A stretch of DNA of 64,000 nt from Octopus sinensis (lineage: Eukaryota): assembly GCF_006345805.1 (NCBI RefSeq), contig NC_043012.1, positions 53,878,001 through 53,942,000 of the forward strand. The letters are read 5' to 3'. The notes under the pieces were generated by a model. The model saw only the letters and a list, made by a program, of their open reading frames with translations, had not been told where the DNA came from and made no database searches. The position numbers and the translations under genes were made by a program. Shown in pieces: positions 54,031 through 64,000 of this stretch (within the stretch, counting starts at the first letter, position 1; every line of letters starts with the position of its first letter).

Positions 54031-55951
54031 ACTCCTATAAAGGCCTCATATTCCTTTAGAACCTTTTTTTTTTTGTAGTGTCCCCCACTTTAAGTAGATA
54101 TAATGCCTAGCACCTCCACCACCTTTTATGTAGTTATGTGTAGCGCTCACCTAATTGGCAAATGAGGTGTCACGACTAAACTACCTTAACATGGATGATA
54201 ATTTCTAAATAATGGATTGTATAACCTTTTAAAAGTGAAATTAATATAAGCTAAAGTTGTAAATTTACTTTATACATTGCAAGTTAATGACTTCTCTCTG
54301 CCTGCTAAGATCTCGTTTTATTTTAATAACCCATTACTAGTTTTATCATGAATAATATAATTACTACATTAGGTAAAATTTAGTGTGTTAATTATGATAT
54401 CTCACTTCTTTCTCGCCGCCCCTGAAGCCCCCTTCGACATGGCCGGTGCCCCCTTGGAGACAATACCACCCACGTTGTGAATCTCTGCTTTAGAATGATG
54501 TCTATCATTTTGATGTCTATGATGTCCAAATACATTATGGTGACGTCGTCCGAATACCCCGATACAGCTCTTCCATATTACAATTCGAACGAAATACAAT
54601 TCAATAACCCCCAGCTCCCGCAGTAGCCAACACATATAGAAGGAGCGACAGAGAATATTTTATGGACAGAGTGCATGATTCGGAAAGGTTGTGTTAGGTG
54701 ACCATTTATTTTTACTACCGAGCAGACGTCGCGTTCGTCTGAACTTTGCCGAACACGCGACGACAAGCACTAGCCTTTTCGCTCATAACTTGACCAGAAT
54801 CTTAAATTCTGAACTTAGCTGAGTTATGGACCAGGAGTTACCAATGTCACCCCAATTCCTCAGAAGTATTACTACACTCCATTTCACACAACAGGGAAGT
54901 TTTGATCTGCATCTAGTCGCAGAAGACTTCTAACAGAACATCTCCGAACAAGCGTAAAGCTTGTAGGGTAAAGCCGATGGATTGTAAGACACGCGGTATC
55001 GACCCGATTTGGTCTTCTCAATGATGAATGCTACTGACATTTTGAGCTAAGTCTTAAGTTTTTAACATATAAGCATCTCTGAGAAGTTTTTCTGTGAAGA
55101 AACATTGAAGCTATTTCCACGTCTTTGTGCATATTCTAATTGTTATAAACAACAATATTTTCAACTAATCCTGTTTCAGGGGCGCATATTACATAGAGAT
55201 AAGCAAACATACATGTATGTATGTATGTATGATTGTTCATACCCCTATTTAAATTCATACAGCTAGAATAAAATTAGACAAGGCGAGGCCCATCTTTCAA
55301 GTTTTCACACCGCGTTGCATATTACCAAGTTTCTCTTCAATTATACTGTGTGTAGCCGCCCATAACGATGAGTAATATCATCGTATGGCTCCATTTACAT
55401 ATTTCAGGGCTGGACAAATTACGATCTAATATTTGATTTTTTTTTTTAAATAGTTTCTCATTGCAAAAATGAAACATGCAGAATAACACGAAAACTTCTC
55501 TGGTAGATTATATGTTAATGTAAAGAAAGGAAATGTTCACTTTAACCCTGTCATATCACAAGCGGGGGAAATGTGGTCGTGGTGACATATTAATTATTTG
55601 TAATCAGGATATAGTCAGAAACTAATTTAATTTGATACATTTGTATGTTACTTTAATGAAAAAGGAAATGTTTAAAAGCTTTCTCGCTGGGTTGGTAAAT
55701 AAATATAATTAGCTGACATTGAATCTACGTGAAATCAAATGAGGAAACACGTCTAAAAATATCTGTGAAATGTCAGTAAATGTTACAAGTATGAAATTAG
55801 AAAAGCGTCACATCTTCGACAGTGCTATAACGACACCTACACACACACACACTTACACATACGCGCACACATGCTCGCACCATACGCTCACATGCGCGTG
55901 CACACACATAGGCTCACAAACGCGTACACACAAACATATTTATAGATATTC

Positions 55952-55983
<32 letters not shown>

Positions 55984-56614
55984 TATTACTCCAACTTCCC
56001 TATCCTTCCCATCCTCCATCCTATCCCTTACACCCACTCCCACATACCCCACCTCTACCCCCACCCTCTGCCTTACCCAACCCTCAACCTAACCCACACC
56101 CCACCTGTGCTTTCCCCACTCTCGCCTCCCCCACCTCCCAACAACATCACACAACACTACATCATACCACACTACACAGCAATCACAACACACCTCCCAC
56201 ACACCAGCACTGACCAATTCCCATCCCCACATTTTCACACCTACACATACACACGCACATGTCAAGAACACCAGCCCTCTTTCACACGCACCTACATACT
56301 CTCTTATACACACACGCACCTTCGAGTTGGGGGAGCTCATCTTTACTTTGTTATCTCCCCTACTTCTTCGCTCTCCTGCATGACCCTTCTGTCCGGCAGT
56401 CGTCATGATAGATCGGTAGCCACTACACCAATTTTTTCTCTCCTTGTTTCTCTCCTTATGTTTTTTTTTCTGTGTCCCTTTCTGTAGAAGAGCGTAGGCT
56501 CTAAACGTAAAAGACTTTTTCAATTTACTGAGCGTTATACTAATACATCTGTTTGTTTTATACACCACCTGTCTTCGTCTTTTGTTGTTGTTTTTTCGTG
56601 AACTCTCCCTATAT

Positions 56615-56995
56615 ATAGGCGCAGACGTTTTTATGTGGTAAGAAGTTTGCTTCCCAACCACATGGTTCCAGGCTCAATCTCCAGTCCCATTGCGTGGCTC
56701 CTGGGGCAATTGTTTTCTGCTATATCTTCCGACCGACCGAAGCCTTGTGAGTGGATTTGGTAGACGGAAACTGAAAGAAGCCTGTCATGTATGTGTGTGT
56801 ATATTTGTATTTGTGCTCGTCCCTAATCATCGCTCGACAACTAATGTTGGCGTGTTAAGGCACTCGTAATTTAGCTGTTTGGTAAAAGGGTCTGATAAAA
56901 TAAATAATTTTGGGGTCTATTTGTTCGACTAAAATCCTTAAAAGTAGTGCACCAGCATTGCCGCAGTCTAATTACTGAAACAATTAAAAGATAAA
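56615..56995 (+). mobile_element. SINE family A, diverged
   Basis: Head, body and tail recognisable. Confidence 0.75.
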
Positions 56996-57134
56996 AGATA
57001 CGCTCTTGAAAGAACGTTTGTATCAAATTTTTAACGTGTGCAGAATCGTGGAACGACGTGAGAGGTAATTTTTTTTTTTTTCATCTCTGTTTCTCAGAAA
57101 ATTTGAAAGAGACTTTTTTTTTTCTACTCTTGGC

Positions 57135-57512
57135 ATAAGGCCCGAAATTTTGGGGGAGGTGACCAGTCGATTAGATCAACCCCGGTACGCAACTGGTACT
57201 TATCGTCCCCGAAAGGATGAAAGGCAATGTCGACCTCGGCGGAATTTGAACTCAGAACGTGGCGGCAGACTAAATACCTGTTTCTTTACTACCCACAAGG
57301 GGCTAAACACAGAGGGGACAAACAAGGACAGACAAACGGATTAAGTCGATTACATCGACCCCAGTGTGTAACTGGTACTTAATTTATCGACCCCGAAAGG
57401 ATGAAAGGCAAAGTCGACCTCGGCGGAATTTGAACTCAGAACGCAGCGGTGGACGAAATACCACAAAGCATTTCGCCTGGCGTGCTAACGTTTCTGCCAG
57501 CTCGCCGCCCTT
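57135..57512 (-). mobile_element. SINE family C, tandem dimer
   Basis: Two reverse units with the same internal junction as at 10510. Confidence 0.85.
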
Positions 57513-57899
57513 AAAAGAGACATTTTTGATAGAAAGAGAAAAGAAAAAAACACAAGGTTTCGCTTATAATGCTGTTGGATCGGTAGACGAGGTGTTACCA
57601 CTTCATTTGATCCCTTCAGTGTTGAATATCGTGTACATCCTATCTCAAAACTAAAAATTCGCTTCTTATATTGTAATCAGTATGCAAACCGTTTAGTGAT
57701 TTGCGCGAAAGCTAACCTGTCTAGGATTAAATTATGAAGTCTTGACAGAGCCTTAGATTAAAATACCCGTGTGTATCACATTTTTAATGTGCATACAAAC
57801 ATGAAATGATCTTAGCTCTATTATTTTGTTTCACAGATACTTCTCAAAGAAACACGTTTTCGTGAGAATGCCGGTGGATCATCAAACCCAGGGTTGAAG

Positions 57900-58200
57900 C
57901 CTGGGTTTGTGTACTCAATGAAGAAGCATTTTTGGTTTGGTTCAAATGTCTGAAAGTATTCGTCTCTAAGGAGACCAGATCAACTCTAAAGACCGTTCTG
58001 GTTATCAACTCGGCAATCGGAGTCTCTCACTAGCATTAAAGAAATGGTTGGCAAGAAAACCACTAGAGATCATAAGAAACACAGCAACCTGCACCTACTG
58101 TGACATAAAAAGATTGCTCTTCCGTCCACTAGCACAGAATTACTGTCTTGACTAAAGAAATCCTCCATATTTTGAGGCCTCGGCTTCCAGGAAGAACATT
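57900..58200 (+). mobile_element. Possible pogo/Tigger DDE transposase relic
   Basis: EAFLVWFKCLKVFV and IALPSTSTELLS*LKKSSIF loosely resemble pogo F..WF..F and LP.H.TH.LQPLD..VF; multiple stops. Confidence 0.3.
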
Positions 58201-58315
58201 ATCAAATCACCTTTCGATGTACCCACATCAATCCTGGTTTCGTTGATGTCAACCACTAGATAGAGTATTTTGTAACCTGAGGTCATTAAACAAGTGACCG
58301 TGCTTCCCAGCCACG

Positions 58316-58535
58316 TACGAGGTGGTGGTGAAAGTTCCTGGCTTTAACGTATCGCGAAAGACCTGGTTAGAGGCCTAACCTTCCGAGCACTTTTACAGTG
58401 CTTAGAAAAACTGAAAGACTGCTGCAATAAGTGTGTGAATCAGAAAGGGGGAATATGTTCAATAAAATCATAATTAACTGATCCTCCTCTATTTTCTTTT
58501 ACCCAAAGCCAGGAACTTTTCTACACCCCCTCATA
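58316..58535. mobile_element. mariner-derived MITE
   Basis: Same TIRs ending CCCCCTCATA; the interior keeps a mariner transposase C-terminus relic (..NKCVN.KG.Y..*). Confidence 0.8.
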
Positions 58536-59129
58536 TATTTGTTCCTCCTATTCTAAATAATACCATGTTATATGCAGACTGGAAAGTGAGGGCCACTCGC
58601 CTTCATCTTAATAAGAGTGGATAATTCACAATTCTTTTTGGAAAAGTGTTTCTCAAAAGGCTTCACTAAAATCATTTGTCCAATTGTTCTTTTTTATAAA
58701 ATTCGATTCTGTATGGGAATTCATTCTTTCACGTCGTGGAAACACTAAAGAATAGCTTGTCCTTGGATGCTTTGCGGATGAATTCCTCGAAATACAAACA
58801 CTTGTGTCTATTTATATATATATGTATAATTTGACGTGTGTCTCTTTAGCTAACTGGGTGTTGTTTCTTTCGCTACAGTAAACTTCTTTGACTTTCAATA
58901 TTGTATTTAATCCTTGACATTGTGGCTGCTGTTGTTGTTGCTATTACACTTGCCGCTCTTCATTATTTGCAAATTTCCGTATTTTTCTTTGATTGTAGTT
59001 GCGTTGAATATATATATATACGTATACACACACACGCATACACAAAATGTCATATGTTAGAAGTGAGATGTATATGCGGGATTGTATGTATGCATGTATG
59101 TATATATCTGATGACTGGGTGTTTGGAAC

Positions 59130-59472
59130 AGACTAGAAAACTATCCATATACGAAGATCTCGAAATAAGATATTGAAATAAGAATCCTCGTAATAATAGA
59201 CTAAAGTAGATGCAAACTAATGCTAAATACAATCCCCAGAATGATACATAAACACAAGACAGAGAAATAATTGAACAAAGCAGAGCGGTTTTAGTAGTAA
59301 AAGTCCTTTTAATAAACACAAACATAAAATACTGCAGAAATACAGTTAGACTGAACTGCACCATGTCTGAGTAATGAATATAAGAAAGCTGCCAGATGTC
59401 TAGGATCGCGAGATACAACTTGATATCTAGTGGTTAATACAAGCAGAAAAACAATGAATTGCGAATTGAACG
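59130..59472 (+). mobile_element. Older, decayed 3' end of a related RLE element
   Basis: TRKLSIYEDLEIRY parallels KLSKYKDLEIEI; ends in (TAA)n at 59473-59500. Confidence 0.5.
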
Positions 59473-59500
59473 ATAATAATAATAATAATAATAATAATAA

Positions 59501-60538
59501 TTCCAAAATTAAACATACTAGAAACAAGCACAGAAAAAGCTAAGCGTATGAAAACCCGTGCTAAAACTGCTGTCTTAGATATTCTTAATGATAACCGGCA
59601 AGAAAAACCTCTCAATGGCAAATACCCAAAGAGAGCTAATAGTGCCTCTATTGACAAAGCCCTTACTCATCAATGGTTAGTGTCTTCTGGCTTAAAATCA
59701 GAAACAGAAGGGTTTATCATAGCAGCTCAAGATCAATGCCTACCTAAAACGAACTACCAGGCCAACATATTAAAGAACGGCAGTAGCCCAACATGTCGTG
59801 TATGTCAACAACAAAATGAAACAATTCATCATGTTGTCTCCATGTGCAGTCTTCTTGCGCCTACAGAGTGTCTCAACGGGCATGATACAGCAGTACAATA
59901 TATGCACTGGGTAATTTGCAAAAACCTGGACTGCCCCATAATAAAAACTGGTGGGAACTCAAACTACCTTCAGGGCTTCAAAATGATCACATCTCACTCC
60001 TCTGGAACCTCACCATTCAAACTGACAGATAGATAGATGCGAATAGACCAGACATTATATTGAAAGACTTCAGACGAAAATCATGCCTCCTCATTGATAT
60101 GACTGTCCCAATCGATATAAATGCATCTGTGAAGACCTACCAAAAACTGAGCAAGTATAAAGATCTTGAAATAGAAATTGGCAAAATGTGGAAACTCCTG
60201 AAGACTAAAACAATACCTGTTGCCATAGGTGCCTAGGAATGATAGCAAAAGGGGCTGATTCCTATGTAGGAAACCCCAAAATGGCAGAAAATTCAAAAGA
60301 TAGTGCTCATGGAAACTGCCCATATCCTACGTAAAATACTCTCTATGTAATCTCAAATTTTAAAGCAAATTCATAATTATCTTATGTTTTCTTAAACATT
60401 CTCTAGAACAATACTATGTGCAAAACAAGATATATGACAGCCTAGACATACCACCAACATGAACTTCTAACTTGTCTCTTGAGGTCTCTGGGGGAGACTT
60501 GAAGCCAACTTGTACAAATACAAAGCAAAAATCGAACA
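59501..60538 (+). mobile_element. 5'-truncated R4/Dong-type non-LTR retrotransposon (zinc knuckle plus restriction-like endonuclease)
   Basis: ORF 59548-60036 LKSETEGFIIAAQDQ...CRVCQQQNETIHHVVSMC...HD, then after a frameshift NRPDIILKDFRRKSCLLIDMTVP..KLSKYKDL (PD..D..K). Flanked by (TAA)n on both sides. Confidence 0.88.
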
Positions 60539-60612
60539 TAATAATAATAATAATAATAATAATTACAACATCAACAACAACAATAATATATATTTATTGT
60601 CTCTTTTTCTAG

Positions 60613-60761
60613 CAAATAATTCCGACGTCGAAATTGTTCGGCCCTCCAAAAAATTGGCTAAAATAACGTACAGGCCACCCCGAAAGAACGAAGTGGTGGA
60701 CGGAATATTTGTCGTGAAATATTCTGTTGCGCAAAAGGAGAAATATACAGGAGAAATTCTA
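60613..60761 (+). CDS. ITIH: ITIH-like protein, exon preceding the vWA domain (149 nt, phase 1-0)
   Basis: Acceptor tttttctag at 60611-12 and donor GTAAGT at 60762. G|CA gives A-NNSDVEIVRPSKKLAKITYRPPRKNEVVDGIFVVKYSVAQKEKYTGEIL, like ITIH G.F.V.YDV......G.IQ. All three junctions are phase-compatible (introns 7307, 8145 and 14527 bp). Confidence 0.88.
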
Positions 60762-60883
60762 GTAAGTGATTTTGAATAATTCATTACATATTTTGTAACA
60801 AAATAGACAAAAATCAATTACGTTATTTTCATGTTAGTTACAAACAACTATGCAATCCAATGTACAACCTTCACACACACACG

Positions 60884-60931
<48 letters not shown>

Positions 60932-61059
60932 AGTATGAATATACATTTGTCTATATATATATTTTATATATATATATATATATTATATGTAGAAAAATAC
61001 AAACTGGGACAAGAACGTAAAACATTTAGAAGACGATACAAAAAACACGGATGGGACAT

Positions 61060-61238
61060 ACATATATATGTATGTGCATGTATATATATATATGTATGTG
61101 TGTGTGTATATATATGTATGTGTGTGTATATATATATATATGTGTGTATATATATATATATGTGTGTATATATATATATGTGTGTATATATATATGTGTG
61201 TGTGTATATATATGTGTGTGTATATATATGTGTGTGTG

Positions 61239-61285
<47 letters not shown>

Positions 61286-61409
61286 GTGTGTGTGTGTGTA
61301 AATATATATATGGTGTGTGTGTGTAAATATATATATGTTTGTGTGTATATATATGTGTATATATATATATATGTATGTGTGTATATGTGTATATGTATTT
61401 ATACGGATG

Positions 61410-61452
<43 letters not shown>
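61060..61452. repeat. Alternating (TA)n(TG)n compound microsatellite
   Basis: Direct inspection; source of the long V/C/Y/I ORFs. Confidence 0.95.
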
Positions 61453-63326
61453 GAGTGAATTGACAAACGAAAGAGGCACTCAACACATTTAGTAGGAGTT
61501 AGTTATTACTATGTATAAAAGTTTGATTCGGGCCCCTAGCTCCAATCTGCCGGTACTTGTAACGAGCCTACGAAACTAAGTTGCATTAATTGAAATCAAA
61601 TTGTATTAAATAATGTGTGAATATGCGTATTCTGTGTATGTGTATGTGTGTGTGTGTGTGTGTGTGTGTCTGTACGTCTAACGTATATATTTATATATGT
61701 GTATACTTAAGTATATGTGTGTGAATCAGTGTAAATGAACATGATTCATAGACACAAACCACCAAACATATACAAAGACATAATTCGATGCAAATGGCTT
61801 CTAAGAATCTTCATACTGGATTTACTTCTGGCGAAAATTTTATCTCCATTGCTCTTCAATTAATCCATTATCGATTTTTTATCGCTCTAAAAGATTTTGC
61901 CTGAATTAATGCCAGCTCACAAAACAATAAATTTTTTATCACTTCATTAGAAACACATAAAAAAAATAGAACATAGATGCCCTGAGTAGATGTACCGAGG
62001 AGCAATAAACTGGGGTACTTTAGTTTAATGTATTAGTTACGGTTTACTTGTATAGATGTTTCTCTCTCACACACATTTTATGTGTATGTACAAATACATA
62101 TATTAAATTACGAATTACGATCGATGATTACACACACAAACACACATTATATATATATATATATATATATATGACTGTGCAGATTCCAAAGAGGCTGATC
62201 TGCGTCGGCAAGATTTATATCACTTAGGGAAATCAATAAAAAGAGCACAGTGAACTTGCCGTGAGAAGTGGAAAATCTAACGTTTCGGATTGTGACCTTC
62301 TTCAAAGAAAATTTGGAATAATGAGAGAAAATTAATGAGAGATGGCAGAGTTGTACATCTTTCAATTTGCAAGCGGTTGAATTCTTTTTTAACTTGGATG
62401 AAAACTGAAACTATCCGAAAAGTTTGTGTTTCCGCTCCTCCCAGGAAGAGTTTTATCATTTTTACTACATATATATATATGTGTGTGTGTATTTGTTTGT
62501 GTGTGTGTATGTGCATGTGGTATGTAGACAAATATACAAATGTACACTCATAAACATCTTGAGTGTATGTGTATACATATATATTAACTTTATACGCAGT
62601 AATTTTTTTACAACCATTAATATGCGTATATATATATATATTTTGTGTGTATTATTAAACCTCCAAATTAGTATGTTTTTCGACACAGTATATGTTTTTC
62701 GAAAATATGTAAATGCCTATAATTTTGTGCATAGTTTTGTTTTGGCAACATAAGTAGCATCTTCATAAAATGTGTACCTGAAAGTGATCTAGAAAATAAA
62801 TTTTAATGTCGATTTGGCAAATGTGTATCACTTAATCCTGTAAAACATATCACCCTGTCAAAGCAAGAAATATTTCATATGGAAATATATTAGGAATAAT
62901 TATGTACGCATATTTGAAAATACCTCGTACGTAAATCTATTTAGCTGTGTAAAATTACAGCGTTAGCTAAGCATATTAAAAATATCTGTTCAAATATAAC
63001 TGTGTCTGGTTTTATTTACAAATGTGTTTTTTGATAGGATTATGAGTTGTAGTCGTCTAATTATTTCATATGCTATTTCATCAAGAGTAAATCGTTAATT
63101 GGTTGTGCAAAAAACCAGTACTTTCAAATTATATGCCCATCAACAGAATAATATAAAGCATATGACTGAAAATTGCTGTAAATGTGTAAACGACGGAACA
63201 AAAATATTTAGAGAATTTATACAATTTTCGAAATTATGAATTCAAAAACTATTTAAAGATCAATTCCTGCAATGATTTTTATGCATTAATATTAAAATAT
63301 ATTAAGAAAATATATTTTATGTATGC

Positions 63327-63365
<39 letters not shown>

Positions 63366-63540
63366 AAATTAGAGAATGGAGAAACATACTTAAATCATAA
63401 AACATCAACTATCCGATGATACCCAATCAATACTTTAATACACCATTACATATGAGTAAAGGCATTATACAAAATGAGATATACAGTAATAGTAAAAAGA
63501 TAAAGAGATATAAGTAAAAAATTTCAAATATAATATGCAA

Positions 63541-63670
63541 TTAAATCAAAACTGACAGCTGTTTCGGCAGTGAGGGCAATCATACCTCATTTAACCTCTA
63601 AGCCATAAAGGCAGGTATAAATGAGGCATTAACAAGGATGCCCCACGGCCTCTTCAGAGAATTATTCGAT
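63541..63670 (-). ncRNA. Hammerhead ribozyme core, long stem II, weak stem I
   Basis: Minus strand: CTGAAGA (63657-51), GGC...GCC closing a long stem II (GTGGGGCA/TGCCCTCAC, TGCCTCATTTA/TAAATGAGGTA), then GAAAC-AGCT-GTC. Stem I has only 2 clean pairs. Confidence 0.65.
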
Positions 63671-63707
63671 CTTGAAAGGATGGACTTGGTGCAAACTTAA
63701 CTGTATC

Positions 63708-63759
<52 letters not shown>

Positions 63760-64000
63760 ATTAATAGTAATTTTTATTAACTTTCAAGCTTTAGAATTTT
63801 ATGAACTGAACCATGGTTTTAAGTTATTTTTCATCTCCCTATGTGTTAGTTTTTTTAAAAAAACTATTAGCCAATATGTATAATATCGGTACTTATTAAT
63901 ATTAATATATACATGATATATATTTTGTTTTATTTTGTTCTGTTTACCTTCCTTTATTGTACAATGAGTATTATATTATATAAGTGTAGCATTATGATGT

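Noticed and set aside
54415-55190. CGCCCCTGAA / TTCAGGGGCG as a TIR pair
   Set aside because: The motifs face outward, so they do not enclose one element.
55770-56661. ORFs of 147-190 aa on both strands
   Set aside because: They derive from CA repeats, the C-rich tract and a SINE head, with no domain-like content.
60762-64000. Next ITIH exon (expected NGYFVH.F-like start of the vWA region)
   Set aside because: Not found by eye; it probably lies beyond the window.

Overview
Eukaryotic, very AT-rich, repeat-dense genomic DNA. The SINE families and microsatellite style suggest an octopus genome (inference; no database search was run). The only host gene I can support is the 5' part of a + strand inter-alpha-trypsin inhibitor heavy chain (ITIH)-like gene. 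Four phase-compatible exons (30108-30280, 37588-37689, 45835-46085, 60613-60761) encode the VIT domain and the linker before the vWA domain. The vWA exons were not found in the window and the first exon is unresolved. The rest is about 6 kb of patterned (TA)n array, dozens of tRNA-derived SINEs of four families, decayed LINE fragments (RTE, Tx1/L1, APE-RT, R4/Dong-type RLE) and MITEs. Nearly all ORFs in the supplied track are low-complexity or repeat artefacts. The most notable unannotated signal is a set of type I hammerhead ribozyme (HHR) folds from several unrelated sequence families. Four have complete cores and stems, one has a complete core with a weak stem I, and several are decayed. 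Some sit in long inverted repeats typical of Penelope-like element or retrozyme termini. HHRs in such elements are a known class; their number, diversity and antisense bias inside this gene are what deserve follow-up. SINE and LINE boundaries are approximate (about +/-15 bp).
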